This document shows, one piece after another, positions 34,253 to 44,752 of a stretch of DNA of 64,000 bases; the first letter of the stretch is position 1; each line of letters opens with the position of its first letter. The notes beneath the pieces are model-generated. The model was not told where the DNA came from, did not search any database, and saw only the letters and a list, made by a program, of their open reading frames with translations. The stretch comes from an uncultured Methanosarcinaceae archaeon (GTDB lineage: Archaea; Halobacteriota; Methanosarcinia; Methanosarcinales; Methanosarcinaceae), in assembly GCA_963833425.1 (NCBI GenBank), contig CAWHXP010000006.1, forward strand, positions 64,001-128,000, in the 5' to 3' direction. The translations under genes were made by a program, and so were the position numbers.

Positions 34253-35301
34253 TTAAGTTAATTTAGATCAAGTGAATGAGGTAGCAAAAATACTAATATC
34301 GTATCCAAATTTTTGCCTTTTTTAAGCATAATATCTGCATAATATATTTTTGAGTTATTCAGTAAAAATATAAGATCATGATTATTTTCTCTTTTATTCT
34401 TTCGAAAAATTCGCGCACATTTTTCTCTTCTGGACTTTCTTAAAGATTTTATTCTTTATACCCATTTATAACATAGAATACATTAGCATTATACATTCAC
34501 AATCTAGATATTTATAAATAATTTAAGTTTTGACAAAACAAGCCAGAATGATGAGTTATCTCTTATTTTTGTAGCGAAGATTCATCCAGTATTTTCAAAT
34601 TTCGCAAGTCACAAAACCATTTCTAAAAATTAGAAAATTATAAAACACAATATAAGGTGACAAATTATTTACCACAACGAAACATAACTCCACTTTTTTG
34701 AAGAGCTTCAGCAGATTTACCGCTTGTGCTCAGAAATTATGTGGTATCATTGATAAAATAACTTTACCTGATAAAGAAACCACACAATCAGAAAATATTT
34801 AAGATTTATTTAACGCTGCTATATCTCCCAACAATTCTCTTAGATTTACAACCAGCGATTTAAGGTCAAAAATAAAAATTCCTCAAGATGATACTATTAT
34901 TTGAATACATAAAATCAAATTCTATTGAAAATATTGTCTCTTAATTTAAAAGAATAAAAAGTTAAATTCTTAGATGGCATATCTTACAAAACTAAAATCC
35001 ACTATATTATTGTTTACTTTCAAAGTAATTCCATATCATAGAACCAGAGATTCTCCACGCATAAAGTGGATTAAAATCGAAGAATTGAGAATATTCATCC
35101 TAGATCTTGGATATAATGGCAGCTTTAAGATACATTTGATGTTATTAACATAAATAGATTAAGCAAAAAATATTAGATTCTTCGGAAATCTTACTTAGAA
35201 GCATTGGATAATGAAATAAAAAGTAAGAACCATATCTATATATATGAAAAAGAATTTTTTTAACAGTAAAGTTATTCTCAAAAATTGATGATAAAAACTT
35301 G

Positions 35302-35391
35302 AGGGATCTTTAATAAACCTCACATTTCCATGAGCCATTTTGCATGCCATATATATGCATATAACTAAATTTTGGATTTATCGAAATACTC
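35302..35391. mobile_element. ~90-bp IS5-type MITE nested in the ISH3-like relic
   Basis: GGATCTTTAATAAACC...GATTTATCGAAATACTC. Confidence 0.6.
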
Positions 35392-35447
35392 TGAAACCTG
35401 TAGTTGCAGCTAAATCAAACAAAATAATTAAAGAAATTTTTGAAAGC

Positions 35448-35493
35448 ATACGAAGTAAAATGGAAATACTATACGAAGTAAAATGGAAATATT
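35448..35493. repeat. 23-bp tandem duplication
   Basis: ATACGAAGTAAAATGGAAATACT / ATACGAAGTAAAATGGAAATATT. Confidence 0.85.
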
Positions 35494-36423
35494 CATACTC
35501 TCCTTGAAGATAAATTTAATAAGGTAGGATTTTCAATCACACAGTCTGGAAAAATACTTGATATGGAGTTTTTGTTCCATTTTTATTTTCACTATCCAAT
35601 TTACTCAAAGTATTAAGTAATTTTTCCTTTACCAATATAATCTGTAAATTAAATATCAAAAACTTGATCAAAATTTGAAAAAACTATCAAGGGAAAAAGA
35701 ATGATCTGTCAAAAAAATCGTAAAAACTAATAAAATATTTTTGATCATATTTATTAATCCTTCGTTCATCTCAAATATGAAAATCTCATTTCAACATGAA
35801 AATCAAACTGTCAAATTAAAGTTAAAATCCAGTTTTGCGACATTGCTATTGGTTTCAATTATATTCCATTTATGGAAGAAAAGACACACAAATATGAAGG
35901 AATTGAAGATGATTACAGAAAAATTGAATTAAGATTTATTGATAATTTTTTAGTGAACCATTTAAGAAAAAAAGTATTAACTTAGTAAGATTATTCGATC
36001 ATAACTACAACAAATCGAAATAACTGAATCCATGAAAACACTAATTAGGTTGAGGATTATATCAGCCTGCATCCCATCAACACCGTTAATTATTTGTTGA
36101 GTTGAGAGGGAAATAGAAAAACATAGGTTTTGTCTTTGAGTAATTGATCAAGTATGAAAAATGAACAGATTCTTTATTTTTTGAAAATTTTAGAGAGCGT
36201 CTGATATTTACCATTTCAACAACTAGGAGACAAGACCAAAAAAATAAGACGAAGACATAAGAAAAATAAACATCTTGACAACTAAAGTTTATGACCTCTC
36301 AAGATTCCTGTGAAAACAAAGCTCAATTGGACTAAAACTTTCTGCTTAGGGCTAATCATATATAGTTCCATAGATGGATACAAAAAATGAGATATATAAC
36401 TTTCATAAAGGACGGGGGACGTA

Positions 36424-38205
36424 TTGTCTAAAATAGCTAATAGCATATTAAGTCTTATAGCCTCGATTTCTCTGCTACTACTGGTTTATAGTACTTATAT
36501 TATTAGGGTGATCCCTTCTGAAGGGTACGTAATTAACATCTATAAGCAGCTTCCTTTCCATTTTTATTTAACTTTGCTCTTTTGCTATCTTTCAGCTTGC
36601 GTTCTACTACTCGCATACAGAAAAATTAGTGCAGTTCTTATACTTTTGCTTGTTCACATTATTGTACTGATCATCCCTTACATTCTTGGCTATGTTTCGC
36701 CGAGCAGAGGCGATGAATTCCTATATATAGGACTTGCAGGAAAGAGCGAACTTCTTGAGTTTTCCAATCTTTCTCCAACAGGTCCTCTATTCATTTCAGC
36801 TTTATCTCTTATCACAGGGTTGAATAAGTGGGTACTTTCTTATTTTTTGCCTGTTTTTTTTTCAATTATGTTCATCACTGGAATGTTCCTTTTTTATCGA
36901 ATATTCATGAACCGTGAAAAATTGATCTCAGTAGCTTTTCTTGCATCAATGATTCCTTATTTTGGGCATTTCCAAGTTTCAACATCTGCTTATTACATGT
37001 GCTTTTGCCTTGTGCCTCTTTACCTCTATGTACTGAGGAATGCACTTTCTGGTAGAAATGGAGCCGTTTATATTTGTTCTTTGTTGATGATACTTTTGAT
37101 TCCATTGGCACATCCGTTAATTTTTATATATATAACTTTTTTTTTCTTATCTCTAGTCTTTTCGCTAAAAATGTTAAAGCCCAGTTTTCTCGGTAAAGTC
37201 CTGAGTTTTAATTTCCTTTCCATGAGGTTTCCCAATTATAGAGGAAAAAAAATCCCTTTATCCATCTTTTTGTTATTAACTTTAGGAAGTTTCATACTCA
37301 GCGCAAGATACGCTTCTCAATTTATTGATATTTTTCTTCCAACTCTTGCCTGGCGCACTAAGGCACTAATATCTGAAGGCTTCCCCAGGATACCGGACAC
37401 CGCTAACAATTTTTTTACCTTCATACATCTTTCCAATCTCTATTATGGCAAGTATTACATTCCACTAATTTTTATTTTTATCAACTCAATAATTGTGTGG
37501 CAGAACCGCAAAAGATTTTGTCATCATTTCGTCCACAGATATCCCCGCTTTTTGATTTTATATATCTTCACCTTTTTCCTGGAACTTGTCTTCCTTTTTA
37601 ACCCCTTTATTCCTTATCCTCTGGATAAGTTTGCAAACTTGAGTTTCATCATTTTTGCCCAGATTCCTTTGCTTGGGTATTCTCTCTACGTTATTTTCCT
37701 CAGGAAAGGATACATCTTTGGCCTTGGTTTAACAGTCCTGATTCTCGGCCTTCTCTGGACTCTAGGATTCTTCAATTGCTTCAGTTCACCTTATATTGGC
37801 GGAATTTCGGAAGCACTTTCACAAAACGAGATGGAAGGAATCCACTGGTTATCCAATGTAAAAGAAAACTATCCATACATCATGTCATTTGGAGAGAAAG
37901 TAGAAATTAATTCCTTGACAGGAAACTTTAGTAATAACCTGTACCGACCTGCCGAGTTTGCAGAGGCCTGGCAAAGGCTTCCAATTTATACACTCAAAAG
38001 TGACTCAAAAGTGAATTTCCCCTTAGAGGGTCCAAATGGAAATGAACCTTTCTATCTAGTAGTAACCACCTTTTCAAAGTCTTTGGACCATGATAACCGA
38101 AAATATGATGAAGTGCCAGTTTCCGTCGGATCTAGTCGGAGCAGTTATCCTGCGCACAAGATCTACGACTCTCTTAACATAAAAATTTATGAGAATAAAC
38201 TCTAA
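36424..38205 (+). CDS. Multi-pass membrane protein of unknown function (possibly GT-C-like)
   Basis: 593-aa open frame, many hydrophobic segments, RGDE loop, soluble C-terminus. Confidence 0.7.
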   Translation: MSKIANSILSLIASISLLLLVYSTYIIRVIPSEGYVINIYKQLPFHFYLTLLFCYLSACVLLLAYRKISAVLILLLVHIIVLIIPYILGYVSPSRGDEFLYIGLAGKSELLEFSNLSPTGPLFISALSLITGLNKWVLSYFLPVFFSIMFITGMFLFYRIFMNREKLISVAFLASMIPYFGHFQVSTSAYYMCFCLVPLYLYVLRNALSGRNGAVYICSLLMILLIPLAHPLIFIYITFFFLSLVFSLKMLKPSFLGKVLSFNFLSMRFPNYRGKKIPLSIFLLLTLGSFILSARYASQFIDIFLPTLAWRTKALISEGFPRIPDTANNFFTFIHLSNLYYGKYYIPLIFIFINSIIVWQNRKRFCHHFVHRYPRFLILYIFTFFLELVFLFNPFIPYPLDKFANLSFIIFAQIPLLGYSLYVIFLRKGYIFGLGLTVLILGLLWTLGFFNCFSSPYIGGISEALSQNEMEGIHWLSNVKENYPYIMSFGEKVEINSLTGNFSNNLYRPAEFAEAWQRLPIYTLKSDSKVNFPLEGPNGNEPFYLVVTTFSKSLDHDNRKYDEVPVSVGSSRSSYPAHKIYDSLNIKIYENKL

Positions 38206-38357
38206 ATTGACTTTGTCATATTTACCCCATATTACCTTAATATTGTCACATCAAAATTATTTTTGCATACACTACAACCATATTCAAGAAATCAGACAAT
38301 TTAGACAATTTTCACAGATAATTTTCCCTACTATTTTTGCCTTAATCCACTATTTTC

Positions 38358-38895
38358 GGTTCCGTTGCAAAAAATCCTTTCTACTGATACAATAGAATAA
38401 AAAGAAAACCAAAGATAGTAACATGCTATCTAATTCCTTTAAATGGAAGCATTATGAAGGGGAAATTATTCTATTAAATGTAAGATGGTACTTAAAATAT
38501 GCATTAAGTTATAGAAATTTAAAGGAAATGATGGCAGAAAGGGGAGTAAAAGTCTACCATACAACAATCATGAGATGGATACATCAATATTCCCCTGAAA
38601 TAGAAAAGAAGATAAGAAGACATTTAAGACCAACAAATAATTCGTGGAGAGTTGCTGAAACCTATATCAAAATAAAAGGTAAATGGAAATATTTTTACCG
38701 AGCAGTTGACTCAAATGGAGATACAATTGATTTCATGTTAAGTTCAAAACGAAATAGAAAAGCAGCGAATAGATTCTTTAAGAAAGCTTTGAGTTCTAAT
38801 CATAATCAAATTCCAAGAGAAATAACCGTTGATAAGAATCCAGCTTATCCACCTGCTATAGATAAACTGAAAAATGATAAAATACTACCTAAAAA
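38358..38895 (+). mobile_element. IS6-family element, 3'-truncated by a mini-element
   Basis: Left IR plus transposase similar to 7278 up to KILPK; catalytic D changed (WRVAET). Confidence 0.9.
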
Positions 38896-39045
38896 GGTTC
38901 CGTTGCAAAAAATCTGGCTCCCTTACAAAATCAGAAAAAACCTTCACAATTAGGAAAATTAATCATTTTAATTAGAAAGAAAATGACACAGAAAGGTTAG
39001 AATTATAGTGTCAAAATGCAGAAATATTATTTTTGCAACAGAACC
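38896..39045. mobile_element. 150-bp IS6-type non-autonomous mini-element
   Basis: GGTTCCGTTGCAAAAA...TTTTTGCAACAGAACC, non-coding interior. Confidence 0.8.
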
Positions 39046-39171
39046 TCTAATCGGATCTGAAAAACGCCTAGTCTTTTGCCCTTAATATTCGAGATATAAG
39101 TACTCGAAAAAAAAAATAGTGAGATCAGAATTCTGAGCTAATAAATGACTTTTTTCAGAAAAATATTCGCT

Positions 39172-39909
39172 TTAAAGTACGTACTTCCAGCCATCTTTTT
39201 TCAGGTCTTTTCTGTGCATTTCGTAGCCAGGCATGAGTTTCTCGACAAGTCTCCAGAACCTTGCAGAATGATTTTTTTCTTTAACGTGACAGAGTTCGTG
39301 TACTACCACGTATTCAAGCTGTTCAGGCGGAGCCATCATAAGCTTGAAATTGATCCTGAGGACGTTATCAGCAGAACAGCTCCCCCAACGCCTGTTTTGA
39401 TATTTGACTTTAAACTCAGGAGGAGTTAACCCAAGCACTTTTGAATAGGCCCTGAGAGTACTCTCAACATTCTCTTCGGTGCGCTCGATATAAAAATTAC
39501 AGATAGCTTTTTTTACCTGAAGAGGAACTAGATATTCTGAAATTTTTGTAGGAACCGCAACCGTAAGTTCAGAATTTTTAACAGAAGCTATAGGCTTTTT
39601 TATACTATCCAGAGATATCATTTTCAGGGGATATTCTCTGCCGAGATAGAGATAGATCTCACCCTCAAAATATTGCTTTTTCTGATCAGGCAGTCTATTT
39701 GTCTCAAACAATTCAAGCTTTTTACAAATCCAGCCTGCCTTCCTGTTAACCATTTTTTTTATGGTTTCAGGATTAAGGCCTTGAGGAGCCCGAAACTCAA
39801 CTTTCAGATTCGGGTGAACTACAATCTCTGCTCTCTTTCTCTTTTTGCTGTAGACTATTTCGTAGTCTATTATTCTGCTATAAGCTTCAATGTTGTCGTT
39901 TTTTCTCAT
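39172..39909 (-). CDS. M48/YgjP (DUF45)-type zinc metallopeptidase family protein
   Basis: RWGSCS, YVVVHELCH..NHS..FW. Confidence 0.9.
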   Translation of the reverse strand: MRKNDNIEAYSRIIDYEIVYSKKRKRAEIVVHPNLKVEFRAPQGLNPETIKKMVNRKAGWICKKLELFETNRLPDQKKQYFEGEIYLYLGREYPLKMISLDSIKKPIASVKNSELTVAVPTKISEYLVPLQVKKAICNFYIERTEENVESTLRAYSKVLGLTPPEFKVKYQNRRWGSCSADNVLRINFKLMMAPPEQLEYVVVHELCHVKEKNHSARFWRLVEKLMPGYEMHRKDLKKDGWKYVL

Positions 39910-39953
39910 CCTTGCTGCCTCTACCAAAGTTTCGAATTTCGCCGACTCTACAT

Positions 39954-40053
39954 GGTTCCGTTGCAAAAAATTCAAAAAAATATGTAAATCTATAAGTGAT
40001 TAATAAAAATCAAAACATTCAAGGAAAATGTACCAACATTATAAAACTATACC
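39954..40053 (-). mobile_element. Isolated right end of the IS6 element, inverted
   Basis: Reverse complement of about 7967-8067, including the IR. Confidence 0.85.
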
Positions 40054-40144
40054 ACTTTCCCTCTCAATATGAAAAGATCCTAGACTTTACGTCCCTTTCA
40101 GTGAATGAGCTCTTCAATGATAACAGAACCTTTAGTAAGTATCG

Positions 40145-40293
40145 GGTTCTGTTGCAAAAATAATTTTATTGCCTTTTTAGGCAATAACTAGTGCTTTTTG
40201 TATTATTATTGACATGTTTATGGCATAGAAATATCCCATTTATGATGTTTTCTACCAGTTTTGTAAAATAGCCAGGTTTTTTGCAACGGAACC
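40145..40293. mobile_element. 149-bp IS6-type mini-element, opposite orientation to 38896-39045
   Basis: GGTTCTGTTGCAAAAA...TTTTTGCAACGGAACC; subterminal CTGGCT..TTACAAAA shared. Confidence 0.8.
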
Positions 40294-40478
40294 CGTTATT
40301 TTCTCTCTAGCCTGCATATCCCCATGCCCATGATTTTTAATGAAATAAAAATATTATAGCTTCTTTTAATACTAGAGAATTTCGATAATACATAATACGT
40401 TAGAAAATTCCAACCGCGTAAGTTTTAATAAAAAACATTTATAACTATAATTTATTAACGCAAGGAAATGACCTCTTC

Positions 40479-42405
40479 ATGAAAGTCAGCCGCAGGTTTT
40501 TTATTCAAATGGTGATGGCTGCCGCCGGAGCCACAGCATTAGGCTGGAATGCAGCTGCAGACATTCTCAAAAACGTGATGTGTTATGAGCAAGAGGCGCC
40601 AAAAAAATTCTGAGCCCCTCAAAAATACCGAAATACGTTAATCAATTAGCGAAGCCTCCATAGTTTATTCCTGATCCAGTAACCGGGAGATTTGACATAT
40701 CAGCGTCTTCATTTACCCAGCAGATACTACCTGTTACTGACAGCTCGGGAAGGCCCACAGGGTATGGACCGACAACAGTTTTCTGGTTTAGTGGCCTTGT
40801 TAAAGATTCAGGTACCGGTAAGCCTACTATCTTTAAAGGTGTACCCGGGGCAACGTTTGAGGCGGCCAGGGGAGAACCGATCGAAGTACGATGGATAAAC
40901 GACATCAATGTACCATTCATGTTACCGGTAGACTCAACGCTTCATTGGACGAATCCAAATAAGATGACCGTGCCAAGGCCGCCCTTCAAGGCGTTCCCAC
41001 CTGGCTACCCGTAAGCGCAACGTCCGGTGCCGATTGTAATAAATTTACACGATGGAGAGACCCCTCCAAAGTATGACGGCAATCCAGGTGCTTGGTTCAC
41101 AGCGAATGGGATCAAAGATCCGGCATTTGTTACCAATAATACATACACATACCTCACAACACCCAGCCTGCGACAACATTATGGTACCACGAACATACCT
41201 TCGGTCTCGTACGCCTTACTGTGTATGCCGGGCTTTACGGATTTTACCTGATCAGAGATCCCAAAGATACTGTCATGCCACTTCTCCCCCATGGTAAATA
41301 CGAAATACCTATGGCCATCCAGGACGTAATGTTTTACGAGACGGATGAGGAGACCGGTAATAACGAGCTATCCTATCCGACGGCGGGCACTGACCCGGAA
41401 TTCCATCCATACTGGGTTTCAGACACATTAAACGATATTATCGTTGTCAATGGCAAGGTATGGCCAAACCTGAATGTCGACAGAGGGCAGTATCTGTTCC
41501 GACTGCTTAACGCTTCAGGTAATCGATTTTATGAGCTATCGTTTTCAAACGGTATGGAGTTCATACAAATAGGTGTCGATGGTGGCTATCTGAGATCTCC
41601 CGTTAAGCTCAAGAAGGTACTGATAGCTCCGGGCGAGAGGGCTGAGATTCTGGTGGATTTTTCTGACAGGAAGCCCGGAGAAAAAAAAATCATTCTTAAG
41701 AATAGCGCGATTGCCACGTACCCCGACGGAACAATTCCTAATCCTGAGACTGTCGGCCAGGTCATGCAGTTCACAGCAATGTACGCCTTGGGCTTCAAGC
41801 CTAATAAGCTTCCAGCTTTCCTGAAACCCATACTTAGGAGAGAGTTCATTTCCTACGCTGAAACCTGGCAAGGTCCAGAGAACGCTTTCGCTGGTTATGG
41901 TCCCGGATGAAATGATCATGCTTCTGGATGGACAATCGTACAGCGCTCCCACATCCGAGATGCCTGTGCTCGGCGAGACAGAGGACTGGGGTATCGTCAA
42001 TGCAGACAACACGACTCATCCCATTCACATGCACCTGTCTATGTTCCAGCTTGTGAACCGGCAGGCGTTCAAAGTGAATGATACCTCGATGCCTGGCTGA
42101 AGGTCAATAATGCTGGCACCCAGGAGCATCCAGAGCTTCCGCTGAAGGAACCGACTGTCAACAGTCCCCTGGAACCGTATTTACTGGGCAGCCAAAGGGT
42201 TCCGGACGAGAACGAGCAAGGATGGAAGGATACAATCAGGATGAACAAAGGCGAGGTCACCAGAGTACGCATCAGCTTTGCCGCTAAGGACGGCTCGCCT
42301 TACCAGTTTGACCCTACAATGGAACCAGGTTACTTTTGGCACTGCCACCTCCTTGACCACGAGGACGGTGAGATGATGAGGCCCTTCAAAGTTGTTAAAA
42401 AATAA
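40479..42405 (+). pseudogene. Tat-exported multicopper oxidase (CotA/bilirubin oxidase-like) pseudogene
   Basis: SRRFF Tat motif; WYHEH, HPIHMH, WHCHLLDHED..MMRP; several frameshifts and stops; GC-richer than flanks. Confidence 0.9.
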
Positions 42406-43189
42406 AAGCAGATGACCTATTTATTCTGTATGCTGTTTCGCAGCCATCGCGATTGGGTTTCGAATTCAGGGTTTTCGGCGGGCCTATATCCAACTTTGAC
42501 TGAAATTTCGACATTTCATGTAGCAGACTTCAGCGGTAGTAATCCCATCGGCTGATTGAGCGTATAACTCATCAAAATTCATTGTTAGCACTTTGCTAAA
42601 ATCGGTTAAAAATAATTTTCCAGTTGAAAAGTAACTGCACAAATGAATAAATGTCGATAATGAATGTGATTTCCTTAAATAACTGTTTACAAACGTCATA
42701 TATTGTGTCGTATTTAGAAAGTGATTCTAAATTAATCTTAAAATACCGAAAAGGTTTATATTTTTTAATCCAATACTCCAAATCACTTTCTTATGACGTA
42801 ACTCAGTTAGGTGGTTTATATAATGATTCGTTTCCTTATCTGGCTTACACTATTTCTGTAAGTTATTAGTTGACAATATATTACCTTAGGGTAGTAGAAC
42901 GATCATTAGGAAAAAAAGAATGCAAGTCACCGTTTTATTTATGAAATGGTGCAACGAAAGCTTGTTTGTATTAAGGATCAGGGAGAAAGGGTTTTGGGAT
43001 TAGTTCTATTAAAGTAAGGAATATCTTCATCTTAGTACTCATTTTAATTAATTTAGATATTTTGGAGTCTAATGCGAATGGTTACTTTGTTCAACCGCGT
43101 TTTATGCTTGTAGGTGCTCCATGCGTCGTTAGCAGCCTCTGGTTGATACTGGACATCTCTACGGCCATACTGATGGGGTTCTATTCCAA

Positions 43190-43425
43190 CAATATTGTTT
43201 TGGGAATGGATATTCCCCTGGCAAGCATGATGGCATACGAACTGGGTGCAGATCAGGCGATTTATTATTGTAGCGGGCATTTTATAGGCAATATATGTTA
43301 TAAATAGACCGTAAGCAGAAATTTTTGATCAGTTGCCGGTAAAAACTGCATTATCGTAGATGATGTTATTACCACCTGTTCAACTAGTATGGAAGTGATT
43401 GAGATGCTTACGAAAATAGGGTTAT
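43190..43425 (+). pseudogene. Fragment of a PyrE-like (GfcR-type) phosphoribosyltransferase-fold regulator
   Basis: IPLASMMAYELG..AIY...[22 protein letters not shown], in frame through two stops. Confidence 0.7.
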
Positions 43426-43545
43426 GGTACAAAAATAATATTTCCACAGTTTACTACTCTAATTCTCCTTTGTGTACTATTCTTCAGTATAGATCCACCA
43501 GTTACGTGGAGCAATACGGTTCTATGTAGTTTGCGAGGGTTGAAA

Positions 43546-43989
43546 TTAATATTCAGTAAGCTCTGAAGTCAATTTGGTGATTAACCCCGCAAACGATACA
43601 ATTTTAGTAATACGTGTTAGCAACTGTGTTATAAAGTCACTATTTGAATCATTTTCCAAAGTTCCGACAACAGGAAAGCCCATAAGTGCTCCTGGACCGT
43701 GTGCTGCCTTGCTTATTTCTTCGGTCAGGTCCTTTCCTGCATGGTGTTCCCTCTTATGATCGCCATTTTTCCAAATATCGCTATTAGAGACGTCGTAGAC
43801 AATGCCCTGATAGGCAAAGTAAGCCGCTTTCACATTTTTACCGTTGTACTTTGCAAGTTCTTCAAGTGTAAATTCTTTTATTTTCGGTGTCTTTGTCGCA
43901 TTCTGCATTTCAGCAGCTTGGCATACTATCGCAGAAGTCACTGATACTACAAAAAAGACTTCCAGTAAAATTGTTAATATCCTTTTCAT
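43546..43989 (-). CDS. Secreted cytochrome b5-like haem/steroid-binding protein
   Basis: Signal peptide, FTLEELAKYNG, VYDVS..W..G.H...HAGKDLT, H, PVVG. Confidence 0.85.
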   Translation of the reverse strand: MKRILTILLEVFFVVSVTSAIVCQAAEMQNATKTPKIKEFTLEELAKYNGKNVKAAYFAYQGIVYDVSNSDIWKNGDHKREHHAGKDLTEEISKAAHGPGALMGFPVVGTLENDSNSDFITQLLTRITKIVSFAGLITKLTSELTEY

Positions 43990-44168
43990 TCCATTAGACT
44001 ACTGTTTTAACATTTATATCACTCCTTTATGGTTAAAATTAATAATTACAATGAAATTTGTTTTTGGTAATAATTAGCTATCAAAAATTAGTCGGTTGTA
44101 TTCTATTACACCAAAGAATAATAGAATTCTCAGAGATATAAATAAGTCAACAACTCAAGGACGCAACC

Positions 44169-44363
44169 TCATTTATGCTCCTTCTTTAAATTTGTTTCAA
44201 ATTGATCAGCTTCAAAATTACCTTCCCTGATTTGTTTAAGCTTGGTTCTTTGCATTAGAAAATCATAGGTCGTTACCGAGACCGAAATGAGTGCAAAGGA
44301 AGCGACAGCAAGTTCAGATGTAATCAGAAATCGTTCATGAATCTCGAGTTTTGGCATCCACAA
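44169..44363 (-). CDS. Small hypothetical single-TM protein or gene remnant
   Basis: 64-aa ORF with one hydrophobic segment. Confidence 0.25.
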   Translation of the reverse strand: MWMPKLEIHERFLITSELAVASFALISVSVTTYDFLMQRTKLKQIREGNFEADQFETNLKKEHK

Positions 44364-44752
44364 AAGTTCTTTGGCTCTGTAGAAATTTCCTTAAGCCTTG
44401 CATTCCCATATATTTTTATAAATATTGTGCTATAAAATACCCCTATATTTTCTCACAAAAAACGAAGGAACACACACTATTGAAATCGAATAAGTACATC
44501 AAATTTGTTGATACCAGCCTTAATAACTACTCAGTCTTCAGAATTAACAGTTATTCCTGCAAATATTTCAAACATGTTATACCCAGCATCAATTTCTTGC
44601 TCTAATCCTTGTTAAATTTTGAAAAAATAATGAAATTTATCCAAATTTGATCAATAAATCATGGAAATGACAAAATAACAAGAAAAATAAAATGAAAACT
44701 TGAAGTAAATCAAGAAAAGTAAACATTTTACTAACAAACTCCTTTCTCAAAA

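Larger units (their letters stand above)
34587..35729 (+). mobile_element. Decayed ISH3-like element, interrupted by a MITE
   Basis: CAGTATTTTCAAAT left end; VAAKSNKIIKEIFE; DNA similarity to the reverse complement of 14647-15963. Confidence 0.55.

Noticed and set aside
42430..42483. tRNA-like fragment (GGGTTTCGAATTC)
   Set aside because: No cloverleaf; probably the terminator region of the oxidase pseudogene
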